Below are positions 1 to 13,038 of a stretch of 64,000 nt of DNA, piece after piece (position 1 is the stretch's first letter; each line of letters starts with the position of its first letter). The notes beneath the pieces were generated by a model, which was not told the DNA's origin, searched no databases, and saw only the letters and a list, made by a program, of their open reading frames with translations. Origin of the DNA: Hydrolagus affinis (taxonomy: Eukaryota); assembly GCA_012026655.1 (NCBI GenBank), contig JAAILG010000396.1:1-64000 (forward strand), read 5' to 3'. Position numbers and translations under genes: made by a program.

Positions 1-363
1 AAAAAAATATCGGTCTTTAGCTGAAAAGTTGTCAGGACAAGAACATGCTGTTCATTGCTGGAACAACAATCTGCTTTTTTCAGTGATGTCCTTGTGTTTC
101 CTCCAGCTGGCTCCTGCTAGTCTGCACCAACACAAGCCTGCTCTGAGAGCCGGAAGCCATGCAACTGGTATGAAATTCCATGAAAAGAAACCCGATTCCA
201 GTCAAGAATTTCTGAGGTACCAGCAGCATGTGTTATCTAACTTACAAAAATCAGCACAGCAGGAATGCCAGCTAATTAATACAACTGTGACATGCTCCTT
301 AAAAAGCTTGAAACATCACCCTCCCTCCATTCCTATTTTGCTGTGATTGCTTGACAAAACAGA

Positions 364-384
364 CACACACACACACACACACAC
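364..384. repeat. (CA)n microsatellite
   Basis: Pure CA run; a shorter imperfect run lies at ~661-683. Confidence 0.9.
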
Positions 385-919
385 AACGCAAGCGTCTGTT
401 GATTTTTATAAATATAAGGATTCATTCACTTGGGCAGCTATTCAGAAATGTACCCTTCATCATTATTCTCACTGGCTAAAAGCTGTGTTGCTTAGTTACA
501 CTTATTTTACATCACCTCTTCCCACAGCTGTCTCCCTGACTGACGACGCAAGTGGACACGTTACTCAGTTTCCTATGACGTCTCTATAATCATTTGAAAT
601 GCACAACATGTACTCCCCTCACTGCTATTTGTTTGTAAATCCCCTGGTTTTAATCACGCACGCACACAAACACACACACACACATTTCAGGTTTGAAATG
701 AGGAAGTGGGAGATTGTATCCTTTTTTAAATGCCTCGAAAAGTGTATTCAACACAGTGGCAAATACAACCTAATTGCGAGTAAATCTAATTTTTCCAAAT
801 AAATGTCTTTATTGTTTCTCATCTCTATATCATTCTTGTCTAATTCTCCACTTGTCCCTACCACACTTGGTATGTAGAAATATACAGGACTGGAAATGGG
901 GTATTATGGTCCATGTTCC

Positions 920-1090
920 CAATGCCAAATATACAGTCAATCCACTTCACAGTATATCCTGTGAAGTGCTTTGAGACGTCTCAACGACATGATATAACAA
1001 CAGAATTACATTTGTATAGCACCTTTTACATTGGGAGGACATCACAAGGTGCTGGAAGGCTCTATATCAAATGCAAGGAATTAATATTAT
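920..1090 (+). mobile_element. 3' part of SINE family A, interrupted by an antisense L2 3' tail (~997-1055)
   Basis: aaatatacagtcaatccacttcacagtatatcctgtgaagtgctttgagacgtctc...ctatatcaaatgcaagg matches the tail of the full-length copies; the acaacagaattacatttgtatagcacctttt...gggaggacatc insert is the reverse L2 tail. Confidence 0.7.
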
Positions 1091-1093
1091 AGA

Positions 1094-1223
1094 CAAAAAC
1101 GCAAAGTTGCAGATACTGGAAATCTGAAAGGAAGGGTCGTGGACCTGAAACGTTGACTCACTTTTCCTTTCTCCATAGATGCTGCCTGACCTGCTGAATG
1201 TTCCCAGCGATATCGGCTTTCGT
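1094..1223. mobile_element. Penelope-like element pseudo-LTR fragment with inverted first segment and 13-bp target-site duplication
   Basis: TTAATATTATAGA at 1081-1093 and 1224-1236 flanks the insert; contains gaagggtc-gtg-gacct-gaaacgttgac (hammerhead stem II + GAAA-like) followed by gatgctgcctgacctgctga, a common chondrichthyan repeat. Confidence 0.6.
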
Positions 1224-1978
1224 TTAATATTATAGATTTGTTTATAAAAAACAAAATATTTTTATCCTAACTTCACTACCTTCCCTACTAATTTAGTTTT
1301 AGGCCAGCAGGCTTCCTTGCTAAGCTAAATTAGCAAGGAAGGTGGTGAAGCCAAGATACAACTATTGTATCTTCCAAGTCAAATGGTCAGTAAAAGACTT
1401 TGTTATCTTTAGAGTCTTTCAGACAAAGCCTTCGTTCTGTGATGTGGACAGACATAGCCTGCAGTATTTTGTGGTGAATAAGTCTCCATATGGCAGTCTT
1501 ACAGTGCATGGTTAAACTTGGCCATAATCTTGAAGCTGTCCTGGTTGAGTAACTGCAAACTACACCTAGAGGAGATCTTCCAATGATAGTAACTCATTGC
1601 AATCCTGGATCATTCCCATGCCCATTTTCATAATCTGTTCTGCATGAAAGTGTTCCCCGAGGGACACATATGGCTGTCCAGCCTACAGTTGATGGATTTG
1701 TTTAGTTTGAGTAAACAAATTGTTTTGTATGCACAATATCATTGCCTACAATTTTTTGAGGTGTGCGTAAAGAATTTGTACATAAAGAGGTACTCTGAGG
1801 TGACTAAAAGTTTGACCACCGATGGTGGGTTGGATTGAGTTTGAAGCGGGTGCAGGAAATACCCAGGGCAATAGGGTTACAAATGTAGGGATTGGTGAGG
1901 CCATGGAGGATTCTAAAAGTAAGGACAAGTAAACCGTAAAGAATGCAGAATTTATTGGCTCTGCCCCAATATTTTACA

Positions 1979-2446
1979 AACAACAACAACAGCAAAATTG
2001 CACTTTAAAGCGCCTTTCGCGTCAGGAGGACATCCCAAAGTGCTGAACAGTCAGGTTCAGACTCGAGTGGGGTAGGGGGGGGTGGGGGGGGGAAGGTCAG
2101 GGTAGGGGGAAGGAGAGGGGGAAGAGTTAGTGGGGAGCTGAAGACCAGCCTTGAAGGAGGAAAGAGAGGAAGCAAGGCGGAGGAGCTGCGGAATGGAGTT
2201 CCACAGTGTGGGACCAGAGAGGCTGAAAGCCTGGCCGCCGACGGTTGGACGGTTAGGGCGGTGGACACGAAGCAGGCCTGAGTCTGCTGAATGGAGGGGG
2301 CGGGCAGGCTGATAGGGAGACAGTGGGTCAGAGAGATAGGTGGGGGCAAGGCCGTGAATGGCCTTAGAGTGAGGACGAGGATCTTGAATTCTCCTCTTGG
2401 GGATGGGGAGCCAGTGGAGACGGGCAAGGATGGGAATGATGTGGTC
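1979..2446 (-). mobile_element. L2 LINE 3' fragment (frameshifted ORF2 C-terminus, 3' UTR stem-loop, (TTG)n tail)
   Basis: Translation HIIPILARLHWLP..FKILVLT..HGLAPTYLSD..GGQAFS..PTLWNSIP..LSSFK is the canonical L2 ORF2 end; caacaacaac tail at ~1980. Confidence 0.92.
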
Positions 2447-2754
2447 ACAAAACAACTACATGTTATCTGGCTTTCAGAAGGGAAGAGCAAATAGAAAGAG
2501 TTTTGAGTTGGAAGAATTTGTAGTAAAGGCCCAGCCAGATTCTAAGATCCATCTTTCAACTGCAGGCTTTCCAAATGGATTCATTGCAGAATCTATTTTT
2601 TTTCCAGAGTTAACAGGGAATATAGCCAGTGAGGCAGAGACAATTCTTTAAACCCTTGAATCTTTATCCTGCAAGAGGGGTGGAATTATCACAAGTAGGC
2701 AAACTAGCAGTCAATGATATTGCCTACACAAACAGTTATCTCACTGAAGTATGA

Positions 2755-2912
2755 TTACTTGGGACATGTTTTGAGATATTTGTGTGCAATTGGCTACCCA
2801 CAAAAAACAGTCACTCCAATCACTTTACAGTATATTCTGTGAAGCGCTTTGAGATGCCTCGAAGACATGATGAGGTGCTATATCAAATATAAGGATTACT
2901 ATTATTATTTAT
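2755..2912 (+). mobile_element. SINE 3' half (core + L2-like tail + (TTA)n)
   Basis: cactttacagtatattctgtgaagcgctttgagatg...gctatatcaaat..aaggattactattatt. Confidence 0.8.
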
Positions 2913-4220
2913 TCTGATATGATAGTATCCTATAAAATATAAACTCTTTCTTTCCCTTCTTAAGTCCCATTGTCAGTATCACCTCAATGTTCTGTGACGC
3001 ATCACACAGCTTTCTGTTACAGCTGACTCTGTAACCATAGAGATTATGGCTCTGTGATATCAACCCCATCTGCTGTACAATGGCCAATCAGCAGGCCTGG
3101 GCTCTCCTCAAATGCAGGACCAAGACACGTGTCCAAGGCATTGTGCGTCAATGCTCAGCGTGTAGAGCATCAGAAAAGACGGTTTACTCATGCAATTTTA
3201 TCTTAAAAAGAAAACTGAGATGGGAACAAATCTTCCGTGTGTGTTGCGCAACAATGCCAAACCCTTCTGTCTAATCAAGCCATCAATTAAGTCACAAAAC
3301 AAAGTTAAGAAAAACCTTCAGCTAAAGTCAAAGTATTAAAATGAACAGCTTATCAGTACTAAACACTGATACATTGTGCAGAATTTGTCCATCTGTAGCT
3401 GCCCTCCCTGTAAGGGCTTCTAACTTGAGGACATGTCTACACTGTCAAGTCTCATCGATGAGACAGTAACAAGGCTTTGTTGATGGTTGACCAGCCTGTT
3501 CCTTTGAGCCAGTTCAATCCCTTGAGACATCACACATGACCAAAGGCTTTAACGCAAGATGGTAGTGCACTGAGAAATAACAGGTTTAAATTTAGATTTT
3601 AACACTACGATAATACCTTAATCCAAAACATCCAAATACATGTTTTATGCAAAAATGTACATTATTTTCCATTGTCATCAGGGGGAATTTGAAATGCAAT
3701 GGTAATATTTGTTTAGTAGCCTATTACAATAGTTCTTCCATCCCAATCAGCTTCATCATCCTTTCAATGACATGATGCTATTGTTACTATGCACAATGTA
3801 CTTGCTGCATCCTGGTTTGATAAGTCAAATGTTAAATGTTATTTTTAACCCTTGGACTGTCAAGATTTTTGGTATAGTCAGTTTCTTACGCTTTCAGAAT
3901 CGGAATGTATCAAAGACTCTTGTCACAGTAAATGAATCTGCTCAAATCTCATTAGTTTTGGTACTGAAACATCTGCCTTCAAACTACAATTGCTGAGGAC
4001 CAAAGCCATAATTTGAATCCAAAATATAATAAGACTGTAAACACTAGGAGTTAACACTAAACCACAGATTGGGGAAGGAAGGCGGGTGGGTTTATCACTC
4101 AGTGATTTGGAATCTTTAATGACTTGCAAGTAGTGATTTCCGCTAGTAATGCCAACTCCGTGTTCTAATCCAGGTGTCTGGGAGGGACGCTCCCTTAGGT
4201 CAGCATGAGGTTCTTCTACT

Positions 4221-4400
4221 TATAATAACAATAATAATCCTTACATTTGATGTAGTGCTTTTCACATCTTCTAGACGTCTCGAAGTACTTCACAGAGTAT
4301 ACTGTAAAGTGAATTGACTGTATATTTGTGAGTGAAATGTGGCAGCCAATTGCACACAAACAGTAATGGATTGAAATGACCAATTTATTATAGTTTTTTT
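4221..4400 (-). mobile_element. SINE family A, 3' half
   Basis: Closely matches 25481-25660 and 57749-57900. Confidence 0.85.
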
Positions 4401-6771
4401 TTAGTTACTGGCAAGAGCCTCCATTTGCAAACCATACAGATTTCTAGTACAATTTATCACATAGCATGAAACGCATGATATCAAATGCAAGGATTATTAT
4501 TATTATTTAATGAAGGATAACACACAGCCGGTAACTTTATGGGAGCAATTCAAACGCAAATCTTGGCTGGCATTCAGAAACTGCTAAACCTTTACCTTTG
4601 AGGTTTGTGCGAGGGGGACGATTGAATTCTGCTCTGTAACCCATCGACAGGCAATTGTTACATACAATGTATAGACACTCATACATTACATATAAACAGA
4701 TTGTACTATCTCCTTTGTTAATGATCAAAACACTCGACAAAGAGAACTAGCCTTCCACACCCACTAAATGATTCCAAGCACGGCTCCAGATGATATCAGC
4801 ATCTATTAACAAAAAGCGCCAGGTTTCCGACCATCTCAGTCAAGGTGAAAGTGCCTTCCTATTTTTCATCCCTTGTACAACAGGCTACTAGTCTCAATGA
4901 TTTCTCTCTGTAGAGGCAGCTTATAATGGTCCAGCTGTTCATCCAGTCCCCTGTCTGTCGTATCCAATGCAGTCCTAAAAATATTCACTGGTAATGCTCG
5001 CTAAGGTTAATGGTTCATTCTATTATAGTGCGGCCATAAGCAAATTATATTTTCTGGGAATTCATCAGTTTAGTAAAATAAAAACATTCAAAGATACTTA
5101 AGGGATAACAACACCAAAGCAATTGCAGAATAGAGATCCAGAATGCAGGACCAAAATAATGCTGGGTTCTGTTTGGTTTTCATCATCTTTATAGATAAAT
5201 AAACCATGGTTACAGTTCACTCAAATCATACAATAGAGTTAGCAACCCCATAAAGACAGCTTCAGCAGATTAAAACTAAAAAGCACTTAGATAAATAATC
5301 GCACAGAATTGATAGCTGCTGCTGCCGAAGAGATCCCAAAAGTGGTTGAAGAGAGTTCCTAAGCTGAATTCTGTACCATATAAAGAGATGTAGAAAAGGG
5401 TTGGAAGAACAAACCCTCGTTTTACAGGGTAAAACGCTACCAACAGAGAACAGTGATTGGTGACGAACTAAAACACTAGCTCGCAAATTCTGAAAGATTT
5501 CCAACAGCTCCAGCAACACAGTCTCTAAATGTATGGTGAGAAGGTGCTCGCTTGAAAACACAGTGGGAGCAATAAATAAGATGTTTTCTTCACCACTAAC
5601 TTCCTCTTGCAACTGCAGGAATCTGGATTGTCCCCGACTCTGATGCTTCATCTTTGCGCCTGGAATACATTTCACTGACAAGCCTCCACCCTTTGCTATC
5701 CACTACTAACGTTTCATCAGGAAAGCCTGAAGAATTACACAATTGAAATGTGGGTCAAACTCCATTGGAAAGGAAATAAATTGAAGGAAATAGTAGTGCA
5801 GAGAGGGTGTATTGCTGGTGTTCAGCCCCGCAGTTTATATTGGGCTGATATGTACACTGCAAACCCCCAAAATATATATTTCTTTTGATTCTTTCCAAAA
5901 CAGCCTGTCTGTAAGCCAAGTTCAATTCTATCTGTTGATTTTGACTGGCTAAGAAATATGATGTACATTTTAATGTTAGTTGCAAATGAAAAATTCTCCC
6001 AAGAGCACTGGTGCCTCTTGTATTGCGTTTCTATTAATTCTGACAAGAGGTTTTGACTCCAGTTTTTGAAAAAAAAAGCCTGTGATATTTAATCCCATAA
6101 GCCGTCACGATAAGAGTGGAGATAAAAAGTGCACCAACCCGTAATATTTCTTCCACACAGCTGGTCTCGTTCGAAAGGCTGACCTGAGTGAAAAAAGAAC
6201 GAAAAATAATCATTCAAACATTATCCTGCTTTGAGATCTCACTGGTGAAAACATTAAATTACCATGTCTTGAATAGTATGTACATTTTAATCTATACACT
6301 CACTGACTAAGAACTCTATATATTTCATCTGAGCATAGGGAATACCCATCAAAAGTTTTCCATTCATTTATTTGAACCTGCATTATATTCCCCACTTGGT
6401 GTAATAATTGTTTTTTTTAAGAAAATGAAACATAATGCAATTGTCATAAGATCTCAGTTCTTATGTTGTTATAACATTTTGTATATGTGAGAATATAAAA
6501 CACAGGTTATGGGCAATGTTATTCTGGGTGTATCTCATGGTAGGCTATAGCACTCCCTTTAATATGTCCAGTTCAATTCCTAGTTTTGATTGGCAATCAA
6601 TTCTACTGCTTCTGGAGAGAACAACAGTCAAAATGGCGGTGGTAACAACTGAGCAAAAAAACACTCACGTGAGCCTTATAATGTGTTATTACCCTTACTT
6701 GTGTGAGTGTGCCATCCAGGAACTAATTCAATCACCTTGCGACTACCCTGTCATTAGGCAAATCAATGAAT

Positions 6772-6833
6772 CAGCACCTTGGGGCGTCCTCCCGACTTGA
6801 AAGGTGCTCTATAAATGTAATTTTGTTGTTGTT
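6772..6833 (+). mobile_element. Minimal L2 3' end (stem-loop + TTG tail)
   Basis: cagcaccttggggcgtcctcccgacttgaaaggtgctctataaatgtaattttgttgttgtt. Confidence 0.8.
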
Positions 6834-7609
6834 AATTGAGAGGTGACTGGAATGCGATGGGATAGGCAGGTTTATTTGTTAATTTGCTAATAAAACTCAG
6901 AAGCAACACCTTTTTTTAAAAAAAATGATTCACTTAAATAGGCATAAGGGAGAGTTGCCACAAAATAAACATCGCTTCCCACATGGAATCACGCAATAGG
7001 AAAAGAAGATTCATCTGAATAACATTTCAACATCATTTTGCAGACATCAGAGAAGGCCACTTCTTTTGATGCATCCCTTGAGGTTAATGTCTAAGAGTAA
7101 TCAGCCTGTTCGTTACAAGTGTTAGACAATTGCATAAAGAATGAAGATAAATGACCAAGATATGTGCAACGACTAGGGCCTACGTGAAATTTCATGATGA
7201 TGCCAATTGTGTCCTCGGGGGATCAAATGCACCACTGTATCCTGTTTGGAAACACAATTACTACAAGCAAGAAATGTGGGTTTGATGTATCCACGTATGA
7301 AATTTATTTAAGGAAATTTAGGTGGAAAATTAGATGAGCTTTTGGTATTAGTTCCCATCTTTGGTCATAAATGATTTTAATATGCTGCAGTAGGCAATAC
7401 ATGTAAACAGGTTAGGCTAGAAATGATTCACATTAGTTGACTAATTTCATTCCAGTCAATAATCTGAGCATCGCTGATGCCTCAGAAACTACGTGCGAAT
7501 GGACACCGGAAAGCAGCCATAGAGAGCTCCAGGCACAAAAATAACTTCCAGTCCTTGTGAGTACGGGAAGATAACCTAGGGGCAGGAAAAGAGATACCCA
7601 CTGTATCAA

Positions 7610-7790
7610 ATACAAAACTTATCCTTTACAGAGAGGCATCAACAGCTCAAATTGGTTGGTGTTTTGGTTCGGCACACACTGAGTTCATTTAAGAAACTAC
7701 TTGATATTGTACTGGGAAGAAGGCTATTCGAGAAAGATGAGAGCAAATGGGCCAAAGGTCCTTCTTCATCCATTCTTCCCTTGTGATGTA
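7610..7790 (+). mobile_element. Old CR1 LINE 3' fragment
   Basis: ttcatttaagaaactacttgat...aaatgggccaaaggtccttctt resembles the CR1 ORF2 end/3' UTR. Confidence 0.55.
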
Positions 7791-8699
7791 GTAATTGAAA
7801 AGTGATTGCGAAACATTAATCCTTTGCTGACACCAAAAACTTCATATCCTGAACAAATATACAGATTTTAAGGCACTACTCAGTGTGTATCTACATCTTG
7901 ATCTTTTCTCTGCACTCTTATAAACAGAAATGTATTCAGGTAATTCTGGACAAGTTCTGTCATAATCTTGGCCAGTGCTCACTACTGATTAGTACATTTT
8001 CCTCAGATCTTTTTTTTTGTGTGTGTGTGGATATTCTGAAGCAGTTATTATGCTACCAGAGAACTGACTGGCTCCAGATCAAAATCAAACCCCATCAATA
8101 CAAGACAACGATCAGAATTATGATTTAATGTTTCAAAGCTGAATAGGTCCCTGAAACACAGTGAGTTCACATAAATACATAGACACACTGTAAAACTTCT
8201 AAATGAATGTCGACATGCAATATAAAGAATAATTCTATCATCTAGTTCAAGCAGACAGCGAGCATGAAAAATAATTACAATAATAAGACAGCTACAAGAG
8301 TGACATGGCTACCTGCTGATAGAACATTTCTCTTTTTAAACACTATTATAAAACCACATGGAGACAGAGATATTAATGATGTTGGGGTATATCATACACC
8401 AACTGCTAAATACAGGCCTCCTTTCATTATAGAGATACATCAGAACTGCTATTTTTAGCAGTTGGCATTTGATCGATCCCACTGTGTCTAGTTATCCAGA
8501 CTGTGTGCAATTCTGTACCAGCTCTAGATTGGATTAATATGTCACCACTATATTTCAAGTAATGTTGCAAATTTCTATTCAATATGGGACATGACATAAC
8601 CAGCTAGCTAGCGTTATATTTATTAGTTATTGTTATTGCATGTTTCTCCTGTGTCAATAAGCATAACAATATTTGTGATACAGTACTTATAAATAATAA

Positions 8700-9085
8700 A
8701 CCTGGCATTCTATTGAGTACCTATAATATAGGGAGAATATCTCAAAGCGCTTGAAAGGATTCACTGCAAATGTAAAGACTGTGTATTTTGTAGGAGGGTG
8801 CGGCAGTCAAAAGTTGCACACCACAATATCTCACAAACAGCTTTTAAGCGAATGCTCAATTTTATCGAGGCAATTGTTGGCTGGGACGGCAGGAGAAACT
8901 CTTTTTTTGAATAGTGCCACGGGGTCGTTAATGTCCATATGACGAGATAGACGGAACCTCAGTTTATCGCTTTATTTGAGGTCCAATGCCTCTGACAATG
9001 CAGTATTTCCCCTGCCCCACACTGAAGTGTCTGCCTAGACTGTGAGCTCAACATCCAGATGTGAGGGCTTGCACCCACAACCTTC
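8700..9085 (-). mobile_element. SacSINE1/DeuSINE-like tRNA SINE
   Basis: gaatagtgccacggggtc..tttaatgtcca..cctcagttta..ctgacaatgcagta..cactgaagtgtc.gcctagac..gggcttgcacccacaaccttct; shared with 41135-41615. Confidence 0.75.
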
Positions 9086-11106
9086 TTATTCAAGGCAGGT
9101 TCAGTTGGTAAATAACACAGTGATGGACTCTGCCAGGCTTACACCACACATTATCAATGTCCATGAGACCAGCAACCCCTAGAATTTCTCGCTACCTCGT
9201 TTCCTGACAAATTAAGATGGATGCTTAACTCTGAGCAATGTTGTACTGTTTAGAACTGGAGTTCCTAAAGCTGCAATTACTTTTAGAGCAGAGCAACATC
9301 TGGGCAAGATATTAGGCAAACACAGTAGGGGTTAATAATGCCATTTAGGTAGTACTGCAGCTCAGTTAGATTTATGAAGGGTAACAAAAGGCCTGCTGCA
9401 TCTTACATACAGAAGTGAGTCAGATTGCTTGCGGTAGAAGTCAAGAGGAATTTTATGAATTTCTATTCATATACCACACAAAGAAACCATTCTAAAATAA
9501 CCTCAAATGTGTTTATGTTAGATTACTCTAATCTTTTCTTTCTCTCTCTACAAAAAGTTTTAAAAAATCAATTTAGGTTTAATATAAACTCAATTTTAAA
9601 ACCCTGAGTGTACTCTAAAGCAGCAAATTATTAAAAAAAACTGTGGCTCTGAAATATTGACTCGCAAGTCTCTGGGTGTGGGAGGTGACAAATCCAAATA
9701 CTGGACACTGGTCTGTTACTGAAAGCATTGCATTAAATAACATGAAATACTCAACCGAATGGGCTTAATCAAAACATTGCCGAGGAAAATGAATGACTGC
9801 AGCATTACAAAATGATGAGGTGCCTATCTGTATTAACACATTACAACCAACCAATATGAAAGGTCAACTTCCACTTCACAAACAGTGAAAACCAGTCTGA
9901 ACTCCACCTATTCTTACACTCAGCCACTTTTTTTTTCTTGACCTTAATTTTCTCTTTCAAACCACATAGCAAAGTTCCATAACAGAATAACACAATTTAG
10001 ACATGTCCTTCTTGACATGAAAGGTGCAATAAAAATGCGTATTTTATTATGTTTAATAAATGCATAAATAACAATAGCACTACTACTGTATATTAGTCCA
10101 AAAGGATCTTCAAATTGATTTACTTGAAAATACCACACACCTTGCTTCAGTTTATTAACTCTAAAATCCTAGTGATTGAAGTAGTAGAACACTCGTTTAC
10201 ACCAACAACGGGTTCAGGGAACATATTTAATCTCTCAGCGGATGAGGCCAGTCCAAGTTCTCAGCTAACTGTTGGGTGAGGAAAGCCACCTGTGTTAAAC
10301 TGATAACCTTGGCTTTGTGGCCCCGTGCAAGTCCTTTCACTCATGTCCACCGAGGAGTTTAAGTGCTTGTCTGTGATTTACTCAGGAGCTTCACTGTCAT
10401 GGTGCAGTGGCTTGTGTAAACTGAAGAATACCAGAGACCTATAAAATCCCTGAGATTAGGATCTGTCATGAACTGGATAACTGAAACAATCCAATCACTC
10501 AACAGTAATCATCATGGGGGATTACAATCTAAAAGAGCCATGACAAAAGAAATACATTTATTTTCGTAAGTCAGACATTTATTGCGTTTATTAGAACTTT
10601 TTTTTCCACTGATCCCTTTGATGTGACTGTTGACTCCCCAGCCTTTGGGGAATAAAGTTGGAGGTTTGTATCTTTTGTTTCCGCGGGTCATTGGAAGTGA
10701 ATAGAAAACAGAATTTAATTTACTCCAGACGGATGTAACTATGTTAGAATTGCTGTCGTTCTCTCCTGCTTTTCATGTGGGGCACATGTGGGAAAATTAG
10801 CTTGGTTTCTAATCAGCGGGTATCTCCTAACTTAAATGTAGTTCATGGTCTCAACTTGTTTCATAATGCTGTGACAGGCCTATTGTAGAGGACGTGCTGA
10901 TGTAGGAAAGGGCTCCAATTAACTACGTCAACTATCAGATTGAATTTAGTAGAATTTATTTTCAGTTTTAAATTTACATCACCATTCAGCTATAGCTACT
11001 CGCAATGTATTAAGAACATTCTGGCCTTTTGATTTCAGCTGCATTTAAAACTGGTAGTTACAGCCAGTGTCAGATGATGTCAGCGCTAAATTAGAAAATA
11101 GATATT

Positions 11107-11458
11107 GGGTTGAAATTTGCAGTGTTTCATAAAGTATGCATAGAAGATCCCTTTCAAAGCAGCCCAACCGTCAATTTGCAAAGGAATTATTAGCCGCACT
11201 TCCTGCACAGGACGTTTGCCTACAAAGAAACATCCTCTATGCTTCACATCAAATACTCTTTGAGATATCCTCAGAAGGTAAAGGACATTACATCAAATGC
11301 AACGATTATTGATATTAGTAGTTGTATTAATTGAAGTCAGTTGGCTATTTTCCACGCTGCATTTATAACATTGTAGCTGAGACATTGGACCCAGCCTACA
11401 GCGAGGATTCCTTGTATAACACAAGGAACGCATTATGAAATGCCGCAAATTTCGCCCC
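11107..11458. mobile_element. Degenerate MITE with ~26-bp terminal inverted repeats, containing a SINE tail fragment
   Basis: Left gggttgaaatttgcagtgtttcataa versus reverse complement of right end ggggcgaaatttgcggcatttcataa; TSD unclear. Confidence 0.6.
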
Positions 11459-12832
11459 ATGGTTAATTATTGTGTGAACGGTGCCAGTTCAAGGCTGAGA
11501 AAGGTGCAGGAGAGGCTTGGTTCAATGTTGGGTCAAATACATTTTCAACAATTTGATGTGGACTTGACATAACCTCTGACCCTCAGCCAATTCACTCATC
11601 CCAAGTTACTATTTCCCAATGGGAGGTGAAACGTATAGGGTTACCTGGAGATATTGTATCGGCACTACATTTGGCCAGGATGTCTGGATGCTTGCTGCTT
11701 TGCAGATCATTCAGGAATGCTTCACCTCACACTGGTTTAATTCAATACTGAATTATTTGAGTCTGGAGCTGAACCACCATTTGCAAAAAAAAAAATTCTG
11801 ATGAGATTTCCCCCCTTGGCTTCCATCCAAACTGAGGCACATCACATCATGCTGCAGTTCATTTCGAAAACAAGTCGTAATTCGTATGAAATTGAAATGA
11901 AGAGACTCTGAGTAAATATAGTTTTAGGCAAGTTTTCCTTGTACCCATGACCAGAGCTGTATTGGCCCTCAAGGTTATCAGTTGTTAGGTGCCCAGGGAA
12001 TGTAAAAGGGAAGAAGATAATTACTCCCAGCTTTAGACAGACTGACAACACAGAGACTTTGTAAACACTCCATCATAGAGAACGCTTTGAAATCCTGTAA
12101 ACTTCCTGCTTGCTTGAGGGTGGCAGCTATTGCATGGTTTCCATGGAAACAGACTGAGCAGATTTAGGACAGAGAATGTTACACCGATGATAAGGATTAA
12201 GAGTAAACTGTTACTATCCAACACAATTTTCCTTCATCTGTTTGCAAGAGCGTATAGAATAATAAACACTTACAGGGTGCAATGCAATCAAGGGATTTGT
12301 CATGATTTCTTGGATCTTGAAGTGCAGAGAGACTATGCCAGCTTTAGGTGTGTTTTTTATCCTTAATAAACTTACTGGATGTAACAGTTAACAGATAACT
12401 GCCAAAGAAATCTCAAACAGCTGTGTACAGACCGACTTTGGAAAGTCACCTCCATCTCTTAAACAAATAATATTGCATTTCGTAAATTCACTTCATCCTG
12501 TCAAAATGTAGTGAGTGACTCTTACTGTGTAGTTAACAACAACAGTCATCCTGTGTCAGTAATAGCAATGAGATTAAAAGATAATTTATCTGAGTTGGAG
12601 CCGGGTGGGCACGGGGTGAGTTGAGGGGAGGGGGAAAGACGAGAGGGGAACTTGGATGAGGAAGGAATATTAGTCAGGATACCAAAAACCTTTCTATTCT
12701 CTGAATCTGGGATCTTTAATGCCCACCTTATTCAGGCAGCTCAGTTTAAAAGTCTCACCAAAACTAGGTACGTGTTTCTCACATTTCAAGTTCCTGAACT
12801 TTATTGTGGTAACTTGCACATTTCCCTATTTA

Positions 12833-13038
12833 CAGTAAAAGCCCATTTATCCGGCACCCGATCAACCGCAACTTCCGTATAACCGGCATCGCAAAAAAAA
12901 ATCTGCATTCGATTAACCGGAATTTATCCTGAAAAATGCATTGGAATTTTTTTTTCGCATTTTCGGCTGAATATCCGGCACGTGCTTTAACCGGCATTGC
13001 CTAGGTCCCATGGGTGCCGGATAAACGGGCTTTTACTG
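12833..13038. mobile_element. 206-bp Tigger/pogo-type (Tc1/mariner superfamily) MITE
   Basis: 27-bp TIR CAGTAAAAGCCC(A/G)TTTATCCGGCACCC with one mismatch, TA duplication on both sides, subterminal AACCGGCA repeats. Confidence 0.93.

Noticed and set aside
5700-5735. Hammerhead ribozyme on minus strand (ctgatgaaacg)
   Set aside because: CTGATGA and GAAAC overlap with no stem II between them
7456-7556. Plus-strand exon-like segment (ttccag...gtgagt)
   Set aside because: Stops in all three frames; no other support
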